Shown in pieces: positions 51,073 to 63,184 of a stretch of 64,000 nt of DNA; position 1 is the stretch's first letter, and the number at the start of each line of letters is the position of its first letter. Under the pieces are notes generated by a model. That model searched no databases. It saw nothing but the letters and a program-made list of their open reading frames with translations, and was not told the DNA's origin. The position numbers and the translations under genes are program-made. The stretch covers positions 318,308,001 to 318,372,000 of the forward strand of contig OZ024743.1 in the NCBI GenBank assembly GCA_964016885.1, read 5' to 3'. Source of the stretch: Eledone cirrhosa. Taxonomy: Eukaryota.

Positions 51073-51666
51073 TGTCCCCGAAAAATGTATACACACTTTG
51101 ATTACCTGTACAGGCAATATATATATGTACTACTAAAACTCTGTGATTGCTTGCTTGCTTGATATTTTGAAAAGAATTTGACCCTGAAATAAAACAAGTT
51201 TCGCGTAAATCAGAGCACGTGTTTCCGAGATATGGGGTTTTTCCGGGTACCTTCACAAATAGAGAGAGAAAGATAGAGAAAAAGAGATAGTGGTTGTGAA
51301 AGAGTAGATTGACAGAGAAAAATAGAGAGAGAGAGAGACAGAGAGAGAAAGAAGGAGTCAGAGAAGGAGAATGGAAGAGAGAGCTGTTGGTTTTGTTGTG
51401 TATCTGTGTGAGTGTGTGTCTATGACCAGTGTATATAGATCACATACACCAACATACACACGCATATATATATATATATATGTACACACACACTCATTTA
51501 TATATATACATACACACACATATATATATATGGGCCTTCCAGTTTCATTTCACATTATATACATGCTTGTGTATATTTTAATTATTCAAAAATTATTTTT
51601 AAGTGAACATGATTTAAAAAAAATATTTTGAAGCAAACATGACCCAACGGGTCACGGGTGGTGTAG
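49732..51666 (+). mobile_element. Non-autonomous Helitron carrying a mini-MITE tandem array
   Basis: A|TC 5' end, subterminal hairpin gacccaacgggtc, GTAG|T 3' end. The paralogous empty site at 42434/42435 shows no target duplication. Confidence 0.85.
49821..51125. repeat. Tandem array of ~12 palindromic ~88-bp units separated by variable (TA)n
   Basis: ggtgtccccgaaaaatgtatacac...gtgtatacatttttagggaccccgg units. Confidence 0.92.
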
Positions 51667-52054
51667 TTATTATAATAAAACTCCGGATAAACATAAACTG
51701 TTGAGTGTTTGTCATCTCTTATGAAAGAGTCGGTAGATTTTCAATCAACCAACTTTCCTTAGTTGAATGAATATATGTATATATATATATACGTATATTT
51801 TCTTTAATATTGCAACATTAAAGGAATATATCCTTCTGAAAGAATTGCGAGCAATTTATAATGTTATTTAAGCATTGGTAATGTTATTTATGTATATATT
51901 TAAAACATATTTGCTATGTTATTCTACTGTAAATTTATTTATATGCTTTGTATATATTATATATACACAAATAATGAATCTGTATATTAAAACATCGTTT
52001 GTATTATTCAATCAGTTTATTGAACAACTAGAATGCTCATCGTCAAGTACTTTA

Positions 52055-52565
52055 TACATATATATATATATATGTGTGTGTATGTATGTATGAATCTATA
52101 TATATGTATGTATATCTATATATATGTGTGTGTGTGTATGTATATATATATGTGTGTATGTATATATGTGTGTGTATGTATATATATGTGTGTATGTATA
52201 TATGTGTGTGTATGCATATATGTGTGTGTATGTATGTATATATATATGTGTGTGTGTGTATGTATATATATATATATATATATGAAGATAAATTAACGGA
52301 GCCATAGAGTCGCGTTATTCCCTGTAAATTATGTGCTCAAAGGGAAAGGAATCCTATACATATTGTATATGTATATATATATGCATGTATATGTATATAT
52401 ATATGCATGTATATGTATATATATATGCATGTATATGTGTATATATATGCATGTATATGTGTATTTGTATATATGTATATGTGTGTATGTATGTATATAT
52501 ATGTATATGTGTGTATGTATGTATATATATATATATATATATATGCATGTGTATATATATATAGA
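52055..52565. repeat. (TA)n/(TG)n/(TATG)n compound microsatellites
   Basis: Seen directly. Confidence 0.95.
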
Positions 52566-52782
52566 TGTAATAAGTGTTAAATGTTAATTGAACAAGTAAT
52601 TTCATGCTTTCGCATGAAATTACTTGTTCACTTAACACTTAATATTCTACCATACTATTTCATTCTAATACCATTATAATTTTAAAGGATTCTAAATAAA
52701 ACGAGTAAATCAGACAAAGTTGGAATTCCTTTTATTAATATAATCTTCTATACACAATCATACACACCCGTGTATATTTATT

Positions 52783-52814
<32 letters not shown>

Positions 52815-53200
52815 GCTTTTAAGCTATTTTGTAGTATCTCTGTTCAGGAACACACCCCTTATATTAAATTTATCTCCCTGGAGCTTTGTAAAAGTCTGAG
52901 AGATTGGCTACATATATGTTTTATATATATATATTTTTTTGTTTAGATGGAAGACAAAACAAAGAAGATGAATACAAAGATGAAGAAGAGAAAGATAAAG
53001 ATGAAGAACCTCACTGCACCACACCACATCGCAGTGCACCGCACCGCATCACACCCCATAAAAACATACAACACTACACCACACCACTCCTCACTATAAC
53101 ACAACACACCACACTACTCCACATAAAAACACACCACACTACTCCACACCACAACACAACACACCTCATTACTCCACACCACACACACCACATAACACCC

Positions 53201-54139
53201 AAAATTTTTTCCTCATCTTTTTTTCATGTGTTATCAACTAATCCGAACTCCAAGATGTTTGTTATTGACTCTCTCTTCATGGAAAACTTAGGTGGATGCA
53301 CTTCTCTCATTTAACCCCAGAGTTTTCTCATGTTATCAACGAATATGACCTCCAAACCAGTTGGAAATGATTAGTTGTTCTAAGAAAAAGGAGGGGTAAA
53401 AGCAGGTGGGAAAACCATTGTCGTTTTGTAGATATATACCCTAATGATTTTTCTTCGGTCTCCTTTTGAGTGCTATCAACTAATCTGACCTTTTAGTTGC
53501 TCTGAATCAATTTTTTTTTTCTGCCCCAACCCTAAACTCTAAATCTAAACCAAACCAAGCTAAATCTAAATATAAACATTACCCCAACCCTAAACTTTAC
53601 CCCAAACCTAAAACTAAACCTTAAACTTTACCCCAACCCTAAAACTAGACCCTAAACATTACCCCAACCCTAAAACTAGACCCTAAACATTACCCCAACC
53701 CTAAACTTAACCCCAAACCTAAAACTAAACCCTAAACTTTACCCCAAACCTAAAACTAAACCCTAAACCTAACCCAGGGAAATAAGTTGATTGGAAGCAT
53801 CTAGGAGGTCAGATTAATTAATAGCACAAGAAATAGCATAGGAAATATACCGAAAATGATTAAGTCCCACAACATGTGAGTGGGGTGTAGATCTGCAAAA
53901 CTCTTCCCCTCTCCCTCTCCTCTTTCTCCAAAGCTAGTTGTTTTTGACTGGTTTGGAAGTCATATTCACTGATAACGCATGAAAATAGAATCAAAGAGAA
54001 AATTCTGAGTAAGCAGGGGTTATCCGGGTGAAGGGGGAACCACCTCACCCCGCCGTTTTCCTGGGGGGAAAAAGTCAGTTTCAAGCATCTTGGAGATTGG
54101 ATTAGTTCATAGCACATGAAAAATAGGATGAAAAAATTT
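53201..54139. mobile_element. Old foldback element with ~320-360-bp imperfect arms around a CCCTAAA-like core
   Basis: Blocks in 53201-53520 match the reverse complement of 53776-54139 in mirrored order. Confidence 0.7.
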
Positions 54140-55266
54140 CACATCACATCTCGTCTCATTTCACCACGCCACGCCACATTTCATCACATCTCACCATGCC
54201 ATGCCACATTTCATCACATCACATTTCACCACGCCACGCCACATCACATCACATGCCATCACACTACATCTCACCACACTCCACTACACCATATCCCTCA
54301 CCCTACATTGAACCACACTCCACTACACCACACCACTGTCCACTACACTAAACCACACTCCACTACACCACACCACTGTCTATTCGACTGTTTTCTATTT
54401 CGTAGGTATGTCCAGTTACAGTAAGAGAAAGTTATTTCAAAGGATCTGAGTAAGTAAACACTTCATTGACCATCATTTTAAGCAGAATCTCAGTGTAGTT
54501 TTAAATTGACCTTTTCATGATTACACCTCAGTCTTAACTTAATCACCTGTAGATGGATGCTACATGTAATGTTAAAATTAGTTAAACAGTTTCCCCCTTC
54601 TCATCACATGTGGATGCTACATGTGTATTGTTAACATTAATCTAACGTTGTGTCCCCCCCTCCCGCCTCACCATATCATACCACACCACATCACACCATG
54701 TTGTACCACACCAGACCACATAACACCATGCTATACCATATATATATATATGAGCTCCCCACTCGTTATATTAACTGTATCTCCTTGGTGTTTCGTGAAA
54801 GTCTGAGAGATCAGCTATATATTTGTTTACAATTTTTTTTAATATTTAGATGGAAAAGAAGAAAAAGACGACGAAGCGGACGACTACAATGAAAATGACA
54901 ACAAAGACAAAGAAGACACGGGAAACGAAGATGACGAAAAGAAGAAGAAAGTATGATCTCAGTTCAGTCTAAACCTAATGATTTATAGATATGATCTTAG
55001 TTCAGTCTTAACCTAATGACCTGTGGATACGATCTATTTAGGTTTAACTTAAACATTCAAAGATATTTGTATATACTTTTGTTGATGTTTGACATTGTTT
55101 TTTAGTTATGAAATAGCTTATAAGCTACATTATAGGATCACAGTGCATGAGCACACTGCTCTTTAAATTAACTTTATCTCCTCAGCACTTTCTAAAGTCT
55201 GAGAGATAGGCAACATATATGTTTTACATTCTTCGTTTTTGGTATTTAGATGGCAGAGGGGAAGAT

Positions 55267-55430
55267 AAAGGCACAGAAGAAGTCAAAGGCACAGAAGAAG
55301 TCAAAGGCACAGAAGAAGTCAAAGGCACAGAAGCAGTCAAAGGCACAGAAGAAGTCAAAGGCACAGAAGCAGTCAAAGGCACAGAAGCAGTCAAAGGCAC
55401 AGAAGCAGTCAAAGGCACAGAAGAAGACAA
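55267..55430. repeat. 18-bp tandem repeat (aaaggcacagaag[a/c]agtc), ~9 copies
   Basis: Seen directly. Confidence 0.95.
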
Positions 55431-55769
55431 AGCACAGAAGAAGACAAAGAAAATGAACAAGAAGAACAATTAATATTATTATTATTATTGTTATTATTAT
55501 TTGTATTATTATAATCAAACTAAGCCACACTACATCAACCTATACCATACCACACCATACTGACAAACATTATACCATACCACATTATCCAACACCACAC
55601 TACGAAACACTGTACGACCTCACATCAGACCATGCTATGAAACAATATACCATACTACACTATACAACAATAGACAGCACCACAAAAGACTATGAAACAC
55701 TATATCACACCCCTCAAGTTAGAGAGGATCAACTTTTTTCCTGGAAAGTAGAAAACCTAACTTTAAGCT

Positions 55770-58700
55770 AAAACCGAACTTTAAAAATAACACTTACCCT
55801 AACACTTGCATTCACACATGCTCTAACACTTGCACTCACACATGCTCTAACAGTGAACTTAGCGCTAACATGAAAACTAACACAAACACAAAATCTGAAA
55901 ACTAACACAAACACTAACCTGAACACTAAAACTGACACTAACACTAACCTGAACACCAGCACTAAAACTAACACTACAGTAAACACTAATACAAACACTA
56001 ACCTGAACACTTACACTAAAACTAACATTAGCCTGAACACTAGCACTAAAACTAACACTACCATAAACACTAACACTAATCTGAAAACTGATACTAACCA
56101 GAAAACTAAGCTAACATTAACTTCAACATTAAAACAAACACTAACGCTAACAGAGATACTAACACAAATATTAACACAAAAACAAACACTAACACAATCT
56201 CTAACACTAACACTAAAACTGACATTAACCTGAAAACTAAGCTAATATTAACCTGAACACTAACATAAACACTAAGAGAAATACTAATGCTAACATTAAC
56301 GCTAACCTTAACACAAAAACAAAGACTAACGCTAACACAATCACTAACACTAATGGAAACATCAAACACTAATACTAACAGAGATACTAACACAATCTCT
56401 AACACTAACCTTAACACTAACATTAACTTGAACACTAACACTAACCTGAACACTTACACTAAAACTAACACTAACAGAGATACTAACACAAAAACAAACA
56501 CTAACACAATCTCTAACACTAACCTTAACACTAACATTAACTTGAACACTAACCTGAACACTAACACTAAAACTAACATTAACTTGAACACTAACTCTAA
56601 CCTGAAAACTAAGCTAACATTAACCTGAACACTAACATAAACACTAATGCTAACACTAACAGAAATACTAATGCTAACATTAACGCTAACCTTAACACAA
56701 AAACAAAGACTAACGCTAACACAATCACTAATGGAAACATCAAACACTAATGCTAACAGAGATACTAACACAAATATTAACACAAAAACAAATACTAACA
56801 CTAACATTAACTTGAACACTAACCTGAACACTTACACTAACATTAACTTGAACACTTACACTAAAACTAACACTAACAGAGATATTAACACAATCTCTAA
56901 CACTAAAACTAACATTAACTTGAACACTAACACAACCACTCATGCTAACATTAACACAAAAACAAAGACTAACGCTAACACAATCACTAACACTAATGGA
57001 AACATCAATCACTAATGCTAACAGAGATACTAACACAAATATTAACACAAAAACAAACACTAACATAATCTCTAACACTAACCTGAACACTAACTCTAAC
57101 CTGAAAACTAAGCTAACATTAACCTGAACACTAACATAAACACTAATGCTAACACTAACAGAAATACTAATGTTAACATTAACACAAAAACAAAGACTAA
57201 CGCTAACACAATCACTAACACTAATGGAAACATCAATCACTAATGCTAACAGAGATACTAACACAAACACTAACACAATCTCTAACACTAACACTAACAT
57301 TAACTTGAAAACTAAGCTAACATTAACCTGAACACTAACATAAACACTAATGCTAACAGAAATACTAATGCTAACATTAACACAAAAACAAAGACTAACG
57401 CTAACACAATCACTAATGGAAACATCAAACGCTAATACTAACAGAGATACTAACACAAATATTAACACAAAAACAAATACTAACACTAACACAATCTCTA
57501 ACACTAACATTAACACTAACACTAACCTGAACACTTACACTAAAACTAACAGAGATACTAACACAATCTCTAACACTAACCTCAACACAAACACTAACAC
57601 TAACAAAAATGCTAACACTAATACAAAATCAAACAATAACTCGAACACTAATGGAAACACTAACACTAACACCAACGCTGACACTGACGAAGATGGCTCT
57701 GCTGGCACAAACGCTAGCGCAAATGTTGACACAATCGCTTACGCTGACACAAACACTAACGTGAATACTGATGCAGGTGCAAAGGCGAATGCTGACAAAG
57801 ACTCTGACGCACACGCTGATGTAAATGCTACACAGACTCTAACGCTGACGTGGACACTGACAAAAATGCTCACGCTGATGCAAACACTAAAGCAAATGCA
57901 AACACTAATGCAAACACAGACGGAAATGTTGATGCAGATGTTAAAGCAAACGCAAATTCTGACGCAAACGATGACAGCGATGCTAATGTGAACCTTAACG
58001 CAGATGTAAACATTGACGTAGAAGCTAAAGGAAATACTGATGCAAACACTAATGAAAATGCTGACACAGACGCTAACACACGTTAACACACATGCTAACA
58101 TAAAGACTGACGCAGATGCTAATATAAACACTGACGCAGACGCTAGCATAAACGCTGACACAGATGCTAACACACGTTGACACAGACGCTAACGTAAACG
58201 ATGATGTAGAAGCTAACGTAAACGCTGACGCTGATGTAGATGTAAATACAGACGCTGACGTGGAAGCTAACACAAACGCTGACACAGACACTAATGTAAA
58301 CGATGACGTAGATGCTAACGTAAACGATGACGTAGATGTTAACGTAGACGCTGACGTAGAAGCTAACGTAGATGCTGACGTAGAAGCTAACGTAAACGCT
58401 GACGTAGTTGTTACGTAGAAGCAGGCGTAGAAATTAGCGTTTACCCGTACCGCCGAAGCTGATCTCCAAAACGCAATTGCTGATGCGGATTGCTGAAGCC
58501 AAAGCCAAGCTAACGCTGACGCAAATGTTGAGGCAGTATTGCCAGGCGCTGACGTGTATGCTGACGCTAACGCAAATGCTGATGCGGACGCTAGGGTTAA
58601 GGCTAACGCTAACGCTGATGCAAATGCTGAAGTTAACGCTTACATGGGATATGCAGACGCTGCATTGATGCGGACGCCACAGGAAAGGTTGATGGAAACG

Positions 58701-59440
58701 CCAATGCTAACGGAAAACGCTGACGTAGACGTTAAGGAAACGCTGACGTAGAAGCTAACGTAAACGCTGACGTAGAAGCTAACGTAAACACTGACGTTAA
58801 CTGAAACGCTGACACTGATGTAGATGTAAATACTGATGCTGACACAGACGCGGTCGGAAATGCTGACGTAGAAGCTAACGGAAACAGACACAGACGCTAA
58901 CGGAAACGCTAATGTGAATGGTGATGCAGATGCTGACGCAAATGCTAACCCCTACACAAATGCAAACGCTGACGCTAACACTGACTCAAACACTAATGCA
59001 AATGCTGACGTGCACGCTGATGCAACCGCTGACACATGTGCTGACGCGGACGCTAATGATAATGCTGACGTAGACGTAGGCACTGAAACAATCACTAATG
59101 CTAACACTAATGTTGACTCAGACGCTAAGGGAAATGCTGACACAATCACTATCACCAATGCAGACGCTGACGCAAATGCTGACACTTATGCAAACACTAA
59201 GGCTAATCCAAACACTAACGCAGATGCTAACACCAGTCTACATAGACACTAACACAAAAGCTTACATAGACGCTTATGCAAATGCTAACGCTGATGCAGA
59301 CAGTAACGCAAACAGTAACTGTAAGAGTAACAGTTACAGTAACACTAACTGACAGTAATGCTAACAGTAACACCGTCACTAACAATAAACTTACCATTAA
59401 CAGTAAAACTTACCCTAACACTAACCCTAAATCTAACATT
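55770..59440. repeat. Long degenerate hexamer satellite (CTAACA to GACGCT/GACGTA and back), copy 2
   Basis: Hexamer periodicity with higher-order repeats containing acacaaaaacaaagactaacgctaacacaatcacta. Confidence 0.9.
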
Positions 59441-59519
59441 AATCCAGAGAAAAAAGTCATTTGCAATCACATTTAAGGTCACTCTTTAAGATATAGAAGA
59501 TAGGCATTACATTTTAATG

Positions 59520-62500
59520 ATTTTAATTTAAAGAGAATCACGCTATACGATGCAACACAATAACACACCACACTAACCTACACTACACCAAACCAGATTA
59601 TACCATACCTTGGTAAATTTATGATAGGTTTCCATGTTATAACTACACCAAATTAACCATACCAAACTACACCAAACCACACCATACTACATCACACCAT
59701 GCTATTGAACTCAGTGTGAAAAATTTTCTTCCTGCTTTTTTTGTCTTTTTTTGTGTGTGTGCTTACCACCCAATCTGACATTAAAAGTGTTCGCATTTAA
59801 CTATTTTTTGCACATATTATCAATGAAGACTTTGAAACCTGTTGAAAATGACTAGCTTTGTAGAAAAAAAGAGGGCGGAAAGTGGGTGGAAATACCATTC
59901 ACAAAGCTTGTCATTTTTGATTGCAGTGAAAGTCATATTTGTTGTTAATATGGTAATGGAGGGACATGGCTTAGTGATTAGAGCATTGGCCTTGCAATCG
60001 AAAGGTTGTGAGTTCAATTCTCAGACCAGGTGGTGTGTTGTTTCCTTGAGCAAGACACTTTATTTCACATTGCTCCAGTTTACTCAGCTGTAGAAATCAG
60101 ATAGGGACTGGTGTCCCTATCATTCCACTGCAAAGTGGTCGTGTAGGTGCCACGGCAAAAACCACCCAGCACTCACTGTAAATGAGGTTGGTGTTAGGAA
60201 GGGCATCCAGCTGTAGAAATCAAGCCAAAATCAGTTCCCGTCCCATCCTTGCAAGCAGGGAAAAATGGAAGTAAAATGATGATGATGGTAAAAGCATAGT
60301 CGGCTGTGAGCATGTTGGAGGTTGGAAAACGATACCATATTAAACTACATCAAACTACACCATACTACATCACACCATGCTATTAATCTCAGTGAGTACA
60401 CTTTTCTTCCTGTTTTTTTTTTTTGTGTGTGCGTGTGCTTACCACCCAATCTGATATCAAAGGTGCTCACAAATGACTATTTTTTTACACATTATCAATG
60501 TTTATAACATGGAAACCTATCATTTGCAATAGGTTGCCATGTCATAACTACAACAATCCAAACCACACCATAACAAACTACACCATTCTACATCACACCA
60601 AGCTTTTGATCTCAGTGTGAAAAATTTTCTTCCTGTTTCTTTTTTTTTTTTTTGTGTGTGTTCTTACCACCCAATCTGACATCAAAGGTGCTGCAATTGA
60701 CTATTTTTCGCACATATTATCAATAATTATGACATAGAAAACTGTCGAAAATGACTAGCTTTGTAGAAAAAAGAGGGAGGATGTGGGTGGAAATACCATT
60801 TACAAAGCTAGTCATTTTTTATTGCAGCGGAAGTCATATTTTTTGTTAATATGCTAAAAGCATAGTCCACTGCAAGCTTCTTAGAAGTTGATAACACATG
60901 CAAAAATGAAGGAAAATTTTTTTTTCTAACATAAATCAAAGTGGAAATTTAAATCCTCACTTATAACAAACCACACCACAGCACATTAATCTACTTCAAT
61001 CCACACCATATACTTCACCATAACCATACTTCACTATATGCTAAATTTATTACAGAACACCTACTCCTACCATTTACATCACATGGACATTAATGTGACA
61101 AATTTGCTACCTGCTTTTTTTTTTTTGTGGTTACCACCTCAAACATCAAAGGTGCTTGCAAATGACTATTTTCCCACATTATCAATGAATATGACATGGG
61201 AATCTATCGTTTACAATAGGTTTCCATTTCATAACTTCACCAAACCAAACCAAACCACACCATACCAAGTTACACCATACTCCATCGCACCAAGCTATTG
61301 ATCTTGGTGTGAAACATTTTTTTTTCTGTGTACTTACCACCCAATCTGACATTAAAGGTGCTCCCAATTGACTATTTTTTTTCCACTCATCAATAATTAT
61401 GACATGGAAACCTGTCGACGAAAATGACTATCTTTGTAGAAACTTCACCAAACCACACCATACTACATCACACTTACTCCTACCATTTACATCACACCAT
61501 GGTATGGACATCAATGTGACAAATTTGCTACCTGCTTTTTTTTTTTTTGTGGTTACCACCCGAAACTAACATCAAAGGTGCTTGCAAATGACTATTTTCC
61601 CACACATTATCAATGAATATGACATGGGAATCTATCGTTTACAATTGGTGGTTTCCATTTCATAACTTAACCAAACCAAACCACACCATACTACATCGCA
61701 CCAAGCTATTGATTTTGGTGTGAAACATTTTCTTCCCGTTTCCTTTTTTTTTTTGTGTGTGTGCTTACCACCCAATCTGACATTAAAGGTGCTCCCAATT
61801 GACTATTTTTTTTCCACTTATCAATAATTATGACATGGAAACCTGTCGAAAATGACTATCTTTATAGAAACTTCACCAAACCACACCATACTACATCACA
61901 CCAAGCTATTGATATTGGTGTGACAAATTTTCATCTGCCATTTTTTTTTTTTGTGCTTACCACCCAATTTGACATAAAAGGTGCTCGCAAATTACTATTT
62001 TATGCACATATTATCAATGGTTATGACATGGAAACCTGATGAAAATGACTAGCTTTGTAGAACAAAGAGGGAGGATGTGGGTGGAAATATCATTTACAAA
62101 GCTAGCAATTTTTTATTGCAGCGCAAGTCATATTTTTTGTTAATATGCTAAAAGCATAGTCTGCTGCGAGTATCTTGGAAGTTGATAGCACATGAAAAAA
62201 TGAAGGAAAAATTTTTTTTCTAACATAAATCAAAGTGGAAATTTAAATCCTCACTTATAAGAAAGCACACCACAGCACATTAATCTACCCCAATCCACAC
62301 CATAAATTCACCATAACCATACTTCACTATATGGTAAATTTATTACAAAACACCTACTCCTACCATTTACATCACACCATGGTATGGACATCAATGTGAC
62401 AAATTTGCTACCTGCTATTTTCTTTTTTTTTTGTGGTTACCACCTCAAACTAACATCAAAGGTGCTTGCAAATGACTATTTTCCCCACACATTATCAATG

Positions 62501-63183
62501 AATATGACATGAGAATCTATCGTTTACAATTGGTTTCCATTACATAACTTCACCAAACCAAACCAAACCACACCATACCAAGTTACACCATGCTACATCG
62601 CACCAAGCTATTGATTTTGGTGTGAAACATTTTCTTCCCGTTTCCTTTTTTTTGTGTGTGTGCTTACCACCCAATCTGGCATTAAAGGTGCTCCCAATTG
62701 ACTATTTTTTTTCCACTTATCAATAATTATGACATGGAAACCTGTCGAAAGTTACTATCTTTGTACAAAATTCACCAAATCACACCAATTACTATTTTAT
62801 GCACATATTATCAATGGTTATGACATGGAAACCTGATGAAAATGACTAGCTTTGTAGAAAAAAGAGGGAGGATGTGGGTGGAAATAACATTTACAAAGAT
62901 AGTCATTTTTTGTTAATATGCTAAAAGCATAGTCCACTACGAGCATCTTGGAAGTTGATAGCACATGCAAAAATGAAGGAAACATTTTTTTCTAACATAA
63001 ATCAAAGTGGAAATTTAAATCCTCACTTATAACAAAGCACACCACAGCACATTAATCTACCCCAATCCACACCATATACTTCACCATAACCATACTTCAC
63101 TATATGGTAAATTTATTACAGAACACCTACTCCTACCATTTACATCACACCAATGCTCGCAGTTGACTATTTTTTTCACATAT
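59520..63183. repeat. Mosaic foldback-module satellite, expanded copy 2
   Basis: Hairpin module at ~59844, 60748, 62042 and 62839, plus repeated single arms with (CACCA)n linkers. Confidence 0.85.
59957..60283 (+). mobile_element. tRNA(Cys-like)-headed SINE with RTE-type tail
   Basis: ggcttagtgattagagca...ttgcaat...gagttcaattc head, RTE-like 3' end, (GAT)n tail, and an atggtaa target duplication inside a satellite module. Confidence 0.8.
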
Positions 63184-63184
63184 T

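Noticed and set aside
49821-51125. CRISPR-like repeat-spacer appearance
   Set aside because: Spacers are only (TA)n, the context is eukaryotic, and there are no cas genes.
53521-53775. True telomere or chromosome fusion site
   Set aside because: Short, degenerate, single orientation, and enclosed by foldback arms.
56100-59350. Many Asn/Thr/Asp/Ala- or Val/Leu/Ser-rich ORFs
   Set aside because: They overlap in several frames on both strands and shift frame often, as expected for a hexamer satellite.
59965-60030. Functional tRNA-Cys gene
   Set aside because: The acceptor stem is not intact and the sequence continues into a SINE body with tail and target duplication.
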